From positions 1 to 64,000 of the forward strand of contig JAUCBJ010001126.1 in the NCBI GenBank assembly GCA_032718475.1: a stretch of 64,000 nucleotides of DNA, given 5' to 3'. The position numbers and the translations under genes were made by a program. This document shows positions 24,728-36,400 of the stretch, piece after piece. The notes beneath the pieces were generated by a model. It did no database searches. It was not told the DNA's origin and saw only the letters and a list, made by a program, of their open reading frames with translations. The stretch is from Nemertoderma westbladi (taxonomy: Eukaryota; Animalia; Xenacoelomorpha). Numbering within the stretch: the first letter of the stretch is position 1; every line of letters begins with the position of its first letter.

Positions 24728-27700
24728 ATGGCTGTCCCAAGTATCAAAGTACCCAAATTATCTATTAATCATCCAATCAAATATCCCTGTAAGGCTTGTC
24801 GCACTGCTGTTAAAACAAACCAATCTGCTATATTTTGTGAAATATGTGAGTGCTGGGTACATTCAAAGTGTATTAGACCTTCTCTACAACGCGGTGATTA
24901 TCGTTACTTCCAAAATTCAGTCCTCCCATGGTTTTGCCCTGAATGCATTGCATCAAATCTACCATTTATGAATATTGTAGATGACGATGAATTTATTTTC
25001 ACTATAATTGACTACCGAATTCCGGACACCATAGATATTTCTGCTTTAAACTCAACTTTTTTCGAACCTTATAATTTAAAAGCCGTTGGAAATAACGACT
25101 TCGACACAGAATTCAACCCTGATGTGCATTTATATTCTGATTTTTCTGACATCAAAAATTGTACATACTACTTTTCAGATGATTTCAATGAAAAATTCAA
25201 TAACGAAAATTTATATGATTTGTCTTTACTTCACCTAAATTCAAGGAGCCTACCAGGCAACTTTGAGAACATATCTGCATATATAAAACAACAAATATCA
25301 ATAAAATTTGATGCTATAGGAATTAGTGAGACATGGCTAAATGCAGATAGGCATATAATCGACAATTATAATTTGGAAGGATATAATTTTTTTCAAAAAA
25401 ATAGGGAAACAAAGTTGGGTGGGGGAGTTGGTCTTTACATTAAAGACACAATATCAGCTATACCACGTGATGACCTTTCCAAGCTTCCGAGTAATGGAAA
25501 TGGATTGGATTCACTATTTATAGAAATTCCACAAGAGAAAAGTAAAAATATCTTAATTGGTGTCATTTATCGACCCCCTGATCATTGCATTCAGGACAGC
25601 ATCACATCACTAAACATCATATTACAAAAAATTACAGACGAGGGCAAAATTTGTTACCTTATGGGGGATTATAATATGGACCTCCTTAAGGTAGAACAGC
25701 ATGCACCAACAAGTGATTTTTTTAATTTAATGACTTCTCATTGTTTTCACCCAACCATTTCTAAACCAACCCGTATCACTGACACAACTGCTACCTTAAT
25801 TGATAACATATTTGTAAACACGCTTCCTACTTCTCTCGACTCTGGTATTTTTATATGTAATTTAACAGATCACCTACCCATATTTCTCCTCAGTAAATTT
25901 AACAGCAAACTTAGTAAGAGAGACATTAAAAAATTTGTATTACAGAGGCAATATTCTGAAAAAAACAGTACAATTTTTAATAAGAAACTCTCTAGCTTTG
26001 ACTGGAATACCATGTTGCTGCTAGCTAGTGACCATGACAATGCAAATGATATGTACAATAAATTTGTAGCAATTACTCAAAAATATATAATGAGTGCTTT
26101 CCAATCAAACGAATAAAATTAGCAAATCCCAAAACACCATGGATACCGCATAATATATTAAAATGTATCAAGAAAAAAGACAGATTTTACCACGATTACC
26201 TCATCCATAAAAATGAAAAAGCCAAAGAAAAATTTGTGAAATATCGCGATGCACTGAAGACAATCATTCGAAGGTCTAAAATTAATTATTTTAATAACGC
26301 CATGGACAGTAAAACTCGAACAGTGAAACAAATATGGCAATCTATAAATCAACTAATTAACCGCAAAGTCAACAAAACATCTGGGCCGACTTTAATTCAT
26401 CATGATTCCCGTACTGCCACGGAACCCAAAACGATTGCTACCTCCATGAATCAGTATTATTCTCGTGTAGCTTTTAATCTTGACAAAGAGATACCAATAG
26501 TCGAAGGTAATCCCATTGATTATTTATCACCAATTAAATTTCCCAATTATCATCTAGATGAATTTAATAGTGTTTCATGTTCTGATATTAAAACAATAGT
26601 TTTGGATTTTGATTCAAAGGCCAGCCCCGGTCATGATGGTATCCGTGGTAAAATTGTCCAGAACTCATTACAGCCGATCCTATTACCTCTAACATATATT
26701 ATTAATTGCTCTCTCCGCACCGGTATTGTACCAGACAGTCTGAAAATTGCACGAGTTGTTCCAATTTTTAAATGTGATGACCCCACGATTCCTAAAAACT
26801 ATAGACCAATATCGGTCTTACCATTCTTCTCTAAGATTTTCGAAAAAGTTGTTGCTAAACAACTTCTAAAATATGTCACCCACCAGGTAATTATATCGCC
26901 ATCACAATTTGGGTTTCAGGCAAACATATCAACGCAATTAGCATTATTAACACTTGTAGACAAAATTACATCATCCCTTGAAAAGAAACAATCAACATTA
27001 GCACTCTCAATAGACCTATCAAAGGCATTTGACACGGTTAACCATGCAATTCTATTAAGCAAAATGGAACACTATGGAATAAAAGGTGTTGCATTGGAAT
27101 GGTTCCAAAGTTACTTGTTCCAACGTAAACAATATGTAGCCATTGACAATATTTGTTCCGAACAAAAAATTATCCAGTGCGGGGTGCCCCAGGGGTCCAT
27201 TCTAGGTCCTCTGCTTTTCCTCCTATACTGCAACGACATAACCAATGTCTCCAAAATATTTAGTTTTGTTTTATTTGCGGACGACACCAGCATAGTTAAC
27301 TCTAGTAATAATATTGATAACCTGATTGCCAGTACGAACTCTGAATTACAAAATCTCCAAAAATGGTTTTGTGTCAATCGCCTATCCTTGAATATCAGCA
27401 AAACAAACTATATTATCTTCAATACAAGCAACCGGATCATCAGTCCATCAACTCCAATTCACATTAATAACATTGACATTACTCGAGTAAAGGTGGCCAA
27501 ATTCCTTGGTGTACACATAGATGAGCGTCTAAACTGGAAGTACCATCTACACCAAATAAGTATGAAGATTAGTAAAAATATAGGTGTTATAAACAAGGTA
27601 AAATCATTTATCACTACAGAATCTTTAGCAGCTCTATACTACGCACTGGTCCATCCATACTTAAGTTACTGTACGGTAGTTTGGGGTAAATCAATAACGG

Positions 27701-28188
27701 ACAATACTGAACAACTAGTACCCAGTTACACCAGATCAAAATTTAGACATAGAAGGAGGAGGAGGCGAAAAGTTTATGATGTTGTTTCAATAACAAACAT
27801 TTTTAAATTGCACAAACACCAACAGAAAATTATTTCAATAATTCAACATCGCGATCTTAATTTTTCACCACCTACACTTAATCACATTTTTACTCAACAA
27901 GTAGCTATCCTCTCCTTTAAGTCTATCCGTAATATAACCCCCCATGGGATATTGCCGGACCTATTAACACCCGTTTCAAATGTACACACCCATGAGACAA
28001 GATCCTCACAATCTCAAAATGCGTTCCGTCTACGAAATAGGCTAAAAATCCGAACTCAATCTATTTACGCTCTAGCACCAGTAATTTGGAATGGTCTACC
28101 TCTTGCAGTGCGACAGTCTAGCGGATTATTACAATTTAAGTACAAATTAAATAATTTCTTAAGGGGTACTACTATAACTACAACGTAA
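24728..28188 (+). CDS. LINE ORF2: PHD finger, APE endonuclease and reverse transcriptase, one frameshift at ~26083
   Basis: CKAC...CEICECWVHSKC...WFCPEC (PHD); HLNSRSL, ISETWL, MGDYN, TLIDNIF, TDHLPI (APE); NYRPIS, QFGF, DLSKAFDTV, GVPQGSILGP, FADDT (RT). Adding one base in the A-run joins the frames (YNECFPIK...TPWI). Confidence 0.92.
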
Positions 28189-28654
28189 GTATCAATTTCA
28201 CTTGTTTTCTATAATTATTTCGCTAGTTATTGTTATCATTTAGTTATTATAATTTTCACTTGTTTTCTATATTCTGCTAGTTATTGTTATTCTATTGAGA
28301 ACAACCCGTATCAATAATAAATTTAAACATATTAATGTACGTATTATAATTAGTTTTGTTGCAACAGTAAGCTTTTTGTAGGCCCATTTTAAGAATTGTA
28401 TAAGGTTTTTTTTTTCTCTACTGTATGTATATTGTTTGTTTGTTTAAACTGGTGTCTGAAATAATCTAATCCAATTATTTTAAATTCACAATGTAATTAA
28501 ATACTATATTATTAATAATAATAGCTTGTTTCTATCAGTTCATATTATTGTGTTGTGCATGCATTATATATCATTTAATATCAATATTTGTGTGGGAATA
28601 GTTTAATAAAAGTTAAAAAAAAAAAAAAAAAAAAAGTTAAATGTGATACTGCCG

Positions 28655-28830
28655 CAATTTAGTCCACTTTGTATGTCCACATGTCTGTCACTTCCAATGG
28701 GGGGCCCCCAAGCTGGGTACTGGCGCTACCGAAAATTAACCTGAGCTACATAAGATTATTCCCAAGTATGCATAGAGGGGCCCCCATTGGCAATGACAGA
28801 CATGTGGACATAGAAAGGGGACCAAATTAC
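28655..28830. mobile_element. Small palindromic MITE-like element
   Basis: tatgtccacatgtctgtcacttccaatgggggg pairs with cccccattggcaatgacagacatgtggacata. Confidence 0.6.
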
Positions 28831-30111
28831 TGTAGTATTACTACAGTACTAGTATGTACCCCCTCACTTGTATGGCCAGCACGCCCATCACCCATGTCGA
28901 CGGGATACTGTACGTATGTGATGTTAATAATATTGTGATTAAGAATACTACAGCGTAATTCACATTTGGTTTAATGACTTTGATACGTCTGTACGTGTCT
29001 AGTCTAGTCTCGTTTTGTGATGTCTTACTTTGTCTCCGGTACATAGGCCTACTGTATTTTGTTGTTTATTACGTCCAACCTCCTCTTCCACCCGAAGATC
29101 ACGATGGTTCCCGTCGAGCTCTACCTACGTCGCAACATAACCGCCGGATCACCGACCGACTTCATCAGGGTCGACGAGATTCCTGCCCTTCGCACCCTAT
29201 ATGGAATACTGACAAAAAGCGCGCCACACGCGTCCTGGTTAAACGAAAATCGCGCCAGCCATGATATCTAATGCGCGCCAAGCCAACAATTGACTATGAA
29301 ATTTTGCAGTAATTGCTTAATTGTAATAATTTATCAGTTTATAATGCTGTAGCCCTACAGTATTTTATCATTAACATGCGAGCGTAGCGAGCAAGGAAAT
29401 TTTCCAATTATGTTAACATAAATACAGTCTGACAGTAATAGTCAGATAGTGCTGTAGTTGTAGTAGTAGTAGTAATAGGTCAACGTCAACTGTCTGTTTT
29501 TAAATGTAGATGTCATGAAATGCGAGCGTAGCGAGCACGAAAATTTTAACATTTCAGCATTTAAAGTAGGCAAACCGCCTGTTTTCAAATGCAGAAATGC
29601 AGATGTCATTAAATTGCGAGCGTAGCGAGCACGAAAATTCTGCTGAATCATGCAGGCAGTCATGGTTTTATTGGTTTGAAGAATCTGACAATTGGAAAAC
29701 TTTTGAAACAAGTCATGTTTTTAATGGTCATGCAGTCATGCTCAATCTGTCCGTTTCCATTTGTCCACAGCCAGACAGTGCTAAGAGTAGGCTTACAGTA
29801 TAAACGCGAGCGAAGCGAGCGGACATTTTTCAATCTTTTTAAACCTATGGAATAATTTCAAATATAGCTGTAGAGTGGGATGTGTTGCCAGTGCACTGCT
29901 ACGCTACCGCTACATCCTACACTAAACCCTACATCCATATTCGCGCCAGGACCGCCAGGATCCTCAATGCGCGCCACACGCCCCTGTCACTACGCGCCAG
30001 GATCCTTAATCCGCGCCACACGCCCCTGTCACTATGCGCCAGGATCCTTAATCCGCGCCACACATGTTGAGCAAACTCTAAATTCCAACCTGGCTTCGCA
30101 CCCGCTCGCAG

Positions 30112-30966
30112 AGGCAGAAGTTGACCGCGTTGAAGGAGGCCGTGGGGCAGCTGGGCATCCCCGTCACCTACAAGACCATCCCCGGCCACAAGGAGAGATC
30201 GCCGATGCTGAAGATCCACGGCATCCGCGAGAAGACATCGGAGGAGAAGTTGAAGCAATCGGTGGTGGTCATCGTGGTCGGGATCCGGAGCGAGTTCCTC
30301 GCCATCGTCGACCATCTCCAGGATCCGAGGCACCTCGAGGTGGATCTCCCCTGGACGAAGAAGAGAGCCGTCGGATTCCTGCGAGGTTCGGACTCCGTCA
30401 TCACCGTCGTCCTCCCCAAGAACATCATTGCCCCCAACGCTGCCGGAGCCATCCCCCAGGTTTTCGCCATCGCCAAAAACACCGTCGAGTATGCCCTCAA
30501 GGTAGGCACCGTCTTCGGCGGAGAGGACTCGGAGATGGGAGAGATCGGGGTCCTGAAATCGGTGGGACGGGCCAGTCCCTTGTACGATGGGTACATGCGT
30601 GAGTGGACGAAGCCGTGGGACGGATTTCCCAGTCGCCAGATATACGACATTGGTGAGGATCTGGACAGAAAGATCAAGGTGCGTGGTCGTTGGGTTCGGA
30701 TCTTGGGGAGGGCAACGACGAGCGGTCCCGCTCGTTTCCCCGGCGAGCAGCAGTTGGAGGAGAGGAGCCATGGCGAGTTCGAGATGTCCGGCGTAGTGTG
30801 GGCCGTCATAGCGACCACGTTCGGACACCCCGTCGAAACATCCCACATCAGTGTCGTTACCGACAAGGACGGCGAGGGCGCCTCCCCGACCGACAGGAAG
30901 AAATATCTAGAGAGACTTGCCATCGTCGCCTGCGAGATCCTGAGGAAATGCCTCGACGAGACCTGA
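30112..30966 (+). CDS. PNP_UDP_1 (purine nucleoside phosphorylase / MTA-SAH nucleosidase) fold protein, probably a terminal exon
   Basis: VVIVVGIRSEFLAIVDHL, YALKVGTVFGG, TTSGP, EFEMSGVVWA, ISVVTDKDG and a terminal helix YLERLAIVACEILRKCL follow the family motif order; strong GC3 bias; in-frame acceptor ctcgcag at 30111. Confidence 0.65.
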   Translation, partial: RQKLTALKEAVGQLGIPVTYKTIPGHKERSPMLKIHGIREKTSEEKLKQSVVVIVVGIRSEFLAIVDHLQDPRHLEVDLPWTKKRAVGFLRGSDSVITVVLPKNIIAPNAAGAIPQVFAIAKNTVEYALKVGTVFGGEDSEMGEIGVLKSVGRASPLYDGYMREWTKPWDGFPSRQIYDIGEDLDRKIKVRGRWVRILGRATTSGPARFPGEQQLEERSHGEFEMSGVVWAVIATTFGHPVETSHISVVTDKDGEGASPTDRKKYLERLAIVACEILRKCLDET

Positions 30967-31369
30967 GAAGAATTCACCATCTGTCTTTATAATGTCTTGG
31001 ATAAATTCATGTGGGATCCTCTACTTTTCGGCAATAAAACATAATTATTTGCAAGATTATAAATTAAATCGACGGAAACGTTATATAAGTTATTATTTCT
31101 ATTCTCATATCTATTCTCGGATCTTTGAAGTAATAGGCCAATTTTTTGTCGGATTTCCAAATTAAAAGTGCAAATCAATTTCAACCATCACCAAACATGC
31201 GTTCAAAACTGGTAAAGTGGCAAAAAAATCAGCTAAAAGACACTGATTTGTCACAATTTTTCACCATTTTCTGCAATTTCACAAAAAAATATATGGTAGG
31301 GGGGGGGGGGGGGGGGGGGGGAATTTTAGGCAAATGCGATTTTTCACCGATTTTGTGCTATTTGATTTT

Positions 31370-32440
31370 TTTTGCATTTTGCCTATAATTTAGGGGCCAA
31401 ATTTTAAACATTTGTGTTTTTTCCCTGTTTTTTGCGCTATTTTTCGTCATTTTTTAAGATTTGCCTAAAATTTAGGGGCCAAATTTTAGGCATTTGTGTT
31501 TTTTCCCTGTTTTTTGCACATTTTTTCGTCATTTTTTACGATTTGCCTAAAATTTAGGGGCCAAATTTTAGGCATTTGTGTTTTTTCCCTGTTTTTTGCG
31601 CTATTTTTCGTCATTTTTTACAATTTGCCTAAAATTTAGGGGCCAAATTTTAGGCATTTGTGTTTTTTCCCTGTTTTTTGCACATTTTTTCGTCATTTTT
31701 TACGATTTGCCTAAAATTTAGGGGCCAAATTTTAGGCATTTGTGTTTTTTCCCTGTTTTTTGCGCTATTTTTCGTCATTTTTTACGATTTGCCTAAAATT
31801 TAGGGGCCAAATTTTAGGCATTTGTGTTTTTTCCCTGTTTTTTGCGCTATTTTTCGTCATTTTTTACAATTTGCCTAAAATTTAGGGGCCAAATTTTAGG
31901 CATTTGTGTTTTTTCCCTGTTTTTTGCGCATTTTTTCGTCATTTTTTACGATTTGCCTAAAATTTAGGGGCCAAATTTTAGGCATTTGTGTTTTTTCCCT
32001 GTTTTTTGCGCTATTTTTCGTTATTTTTTACAATTTGCCTAAAATTTAGGGGCCAAATTTTAGGCATTTGTGTTTTTTCCCTGTTTTTTGCGCATTTTTT
32101 CGTCATTTTTTACGATTTGCCTAAAATTTAGGGGCCAAATTTTAGGCATTTGTGTTTTTTCCCTGTTTTTTGCGCTATTTTTCGTCATTTTTTACGATTT
32201 GCCTAAAATTTAGGGGCCAAATTTTAGGCATTTTTGTTTTTTCCCTGTTTTTTTTCGCTATTTTTCGTCATTTATTAAAATTTGCCTAAAATTTAGGGGC
32301 CAAATTTTAGGCATTTGTGTTTTTTCCCTGTTTTTTGCGCATTTTTTCGTCATTTTTTACGATTTGCCTAAAATTTAGGGGCCAAATTTTAGGCATTTGT
32401 GTTTTTTCCCTGTTTTTTGAGCTATTTTTCGTCATTTATT
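31370..32440. repeat. ~82-bp tandem satellite, about 13 units
   Basis: ttgcctaaaatttaggggccaaattttaggcatttgtgttttttccctgttttttgcgc(t)atttttcgtcattttttacgat repeated; begins after a poly-G run. Confidence 0.92.
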
Positions 32441-32743
32441 TTTAGTTCATCAACACAGCCGTTTTTCGGCGGTGTACATAGATTTTAGTTCATCAACACA
32501 GCCGTTTTTCGGCGGGGTACATAGATTTTAGTAGTCTTTGCCGTTATTAGTAGTAAGGTTACTGACGCTTTTTGTGTGAAAAGTTCGTGTTGACCGGTTT
32601 TTTTTCAAGTGAGAGTCCACGATGAAGCAGATTTCGCTTTTTCTTTGAATGATCTCATTGGATCAATCATCAGTTTGTGGCACTTGATTGCATTTGATTG
32701 TACTAATGCATGATTGATTGATGATTGTTATGGTTTCCTAAGA

Positions 32744-33139
32744 TTATACTGTATTGAATAGAGTAGAAATCCTTGCTATCAAGCTACTCCAAGTGTTATT
32801 CTCCTTCAACTTGCTTGGCTGTTTTGCTTGATTGTGGGCTACAGTCACAATTCTATCTTTGTTCTTTTGTGGTGTTGTCTTCGTTCTGCCTACTTTCACT
32901 AGCAATGGAGATAATACAGTGGACAATTCACACTGCATCTGCAAAACCTCTCTCTGCAAGAAATAGCCATATACTGGTCTGGCAGATTCGCCAGCTGCAT
33001 TCTGCAAATATAATATATGACGCACTTTTCCTCTATAGCTCTGGTTCCAGTATGCTATACATTGATATTCACCTTCTTCCAATTCAAGCACTTTTCTCAC
33101 ACTGCTCTTCTCTTTTGCAGGATATTCAACCAAACACAT
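32744..33139 (-). pseudogene. Protein-like ORF fragment of unknown family, possibly virus/transposon derived
   Basis: 131 aa with globular-looking composition (VRKVLELEEGEYQC...YRGKVRHILYL...VKVGRTKTTPQKNKDRIV); frame closed by TAG 15 codons upstream of the ATG. Confidence 0.35.
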
Positions 33140-33496
33140 GGACTTGGCCTTCTCATATTCATTTTCTCTACTTTCTTCAATCTATCTTGTATATTTTGTT
33201 GTTCGCCTTCAATTGGGCTTCTCAATAATTTAATTGGATACCAAATAATTATCTGCTGCTGCTCACTATTGAACTCTTTGGGTGCTCCGTGTCATCAACT
33301 CTCCGTGTCATCAGAAAATTATACTATATTACGGGTCATGGTGTATATTCTGCAACAGTTTAACCTGAAATATCATGCTTTCACTTTTATTTTATAATTT
33401 CAATAAATACTAGCTAGCAATAAAACTAATTAAATTACAAAAAATTCCCGACGTTTGCGAAATTCGCGAAGAATCTGTCAGTTTCTGTGCCCTACT

Positions 33497-36400
33497 CACA
33501 ATTTATCTGCAATATCAAGAGTGTCTTTTAGCAGACTCTTCCGGAAATCAATCCTGACCAGCCAGCTGGCTGCCATAGAACAGGATTTTGATTATTGATA
33601 GTAACAATGTGTTGGCAAGCTGTATTTTTCGAGGTGTTTGTTATTATACATTTATTATAGGAAGGGATCTAGGGGTCTTTACCTCGAATGATAAGTTTAT
33701 TTTACCGAAAATAACTTATCTTTTATTGGCGCAATTGTAGGACTAATCCCATCACAACCACGCTGATGAGACCCAGTAAGGTCGAAACGCGTACGTGGTT
33801 TGGAGAGATATGAGATATTAATTTCAAGAAAAATTACGCGATTCTTAAATTTGTGGGGCGAGACACGTAGTCGGCGAGCCTTGGCATACGGTTCATATAG
33901 GGTAAATGGGGCATGTCCGTCTGTCTGTCCGTCTGTCTGTCTGTCCGTCCGTCTGTCTGGTAAATGTTTGAACGCGAATTTCTCGGCATCGCTGGTTCGG
34001 AATTGAACCAAACTTAGTAGGCAAGTAGTAGAGAGAAAGTTTAGAAAGTTTCTAAAGTTTGGTGAAAAATCATGCAGTCTGACGTCAGCTACGACAGATT
34101 TTGTGGTTTTTAGAAAATGTTAAATTTCTCGGGAAGGCCTCATTTTCCTGAGCTGAAATTTTGGTGGCCTGTAGAAAATCATGAAGTCTATCTTTTACGA
34201 AATTGAAAAGTTAAGACATTTAATTGGGGATCCGCTAGAGACTCAGAAGTAATGACATAGGCCTACCGGTACGGTACTGCTGTACAGTGCTGCACTGGTA
34301 AGTACAAAATTGCAGAATAACAATTTGACACCACCTAGCGGATTAACATATGATTGTATATCGAATGAATACATTTATAGCATGGGATATGGGGTTCAAA
34401 CTAGACATGCCCCATTTGCTCTATATGAACCGTATGCCAAGGCTTGCCGACTACGTGCTGCGCGAAGTCCCCACGAACGTGTACACTACCCGGTTAAAAA
34501 GTACGCATGTGATGGGATTAGTCCTACAATTGCGCCAATAAAAGATAAGTTATTTTCGGTAAAATAAACTTATCATTCGAGGTAAAGACCCCTAGATCCC
34601 TTCCTATAATAGAACAGGATCACACAGACGGATCAGTTCTACAACAGCAGCGCCCAATAGGATTCATCCGCTGCGCCTGCAGGGTTGTCTGGGTTTTGGC
34701 AGTAAGATGTTACTAAGTATATTGTACTGTACAACGCTTCGTTTGTTAAGTGAGTATTGTCTCCGATTCCATGATGCATTAGGCCTAGTATCTGGTGTAT
34801 GTACCATGTTCTGGCTCTGGGGTCTACCACAGTACGGACCCACTAGGCGTCACGAAATCACGAATAATAACTGCTCTATGCTCAATATGAGGTCTGGCAA
34901 TTAAATAGCCAATAACATGGATGGTTGGATTTCTGATTCCGTTTCACCTTTTTAAATAAAGTTTCTTCTGTAATACTGTGAAGAAATGATGCTTTTAAAT
35001 AATTAATATCAATATAAAAGGGATTAACAGGGAGTTTTACTGTTAATAAAATACATAAATTAATGGAAAGCAAACACAGTAGGTTTAATAATTAATCGAA
35101 CGTTCTTATACCAAAACAATTATTCAAATTAAATGAAATATTTTCATTGAATCGCACAAACATTGCAATACCAAATGCTAAAATGGACATACAGGAATTT
35201 TAAAGAAACAAAATAACCACATCAACAAATCAATGCAACAATAACAAACAGAAAACTCACACGTATAGAGGTTGCTGGTTGCATTGAGTACAAGTTAAAT
35301 ATGAGGGATTAACTAAACAGTTAAGCAGAAGAGCGACAATGTCAGACTAAACCTGTCAATCAATGTATATTTCCTTTTACAAAGAGGGTAATATAATTAA
35401 ATTAAAACACTCAAGTTACCGATGAAATAAAATTAACGTCTAAATTAGAGTGCAGGCAGGTAACACTAATACTAGGCGCACACACACGCACATCTTACAA
35501 TAATGTAAAATATAATGAAAACGTACGTTCACACACACACAAGTTATTACAACAAAAGTAGAAATACATTATTATATGCGATGTGAGCACAATATATAAA
35601 TTGATGTAGAACTAATCCCACTCCTCAATTGAGCCTAACAACCGACCATATACACCTCATTATCCCATGGAATGACGACACGCCGCTGCCTAGAAACGAT
35701 ATACTTCGTACTGAATTGTTGCTAAGCAGCTACCCCCGTAGGAACAACATAGTGACCCAACACTAAAACCCAACAGAAACTTTAAGATAAATTGATAGAT
35801 GGTCCGGAGCTGTATAGTGCGAGCCAGCCACAACGACGAAAATAAATCGTCTACCGATAACTTCCCTACCGAAATATCTTCAAAATTACAAATTCTCCCT
35901 AAACGCTAACTAAAACAGGCTGTTCTACAACCTAACACTACCTGGTTCAAAGATGTAATGATGCAGAAACACAAACTTCACTAAATGGATGTAAAATTGA
36001 ATTAAATCACTAATTTCCTTTCGTCAACAAACAGCGACACCACGACTCACTAAACAACGCAACTCATAAAGTAATCTCGTTCTCTCTACACACCGAACTC
36101 CACAAACAAGATTCAAAGCGCCAATAATAGAGAACTTGGACCCCCTTAATTATTCGGATCTTTAATTCCACGTAATAATAAATTATGTTTCTTAGGAAAT
36201 GCGAAATTAAACCAATCACAAAGCTTAAAACTCTACTAAACACAATAAACAGCGCCACGGTTGTAAGGTGTAATTTATTTCAAGTCAGAGTACCTCCACA
36301 CAGCCCCTGACCACGCAGATCCCAGGTAAATAAACACAACACAAGAGAATATTAAAGGATATTCCTCTACTTAAAATATTCTGTCTACACGACACATTGA

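Larger units (their letters stand above)
23340..28635 (+). mobile_element. Near-intact CR1/L2-group (Crack-like) LINE with poly(A) tail; 5' end approximate
   Basis: ORF1 plus PHD-APE-RT ORF2; AATAAA at ~28605 followed by an A-tail to 28635. Confidence 0.88.

Noticed and set aside
29880-30980. Overlapping ORFs 29880-30602, 29929-30846 and 30168-30980
   Set aside because: Shadow frames of the GC3-biased PNP-fold ORF with no motifs of their own.
31370-32440. CRISPR-like palindromic repeats
   Set aside because: The sequence between palindromes is repeated, not unique; a plain satellite.
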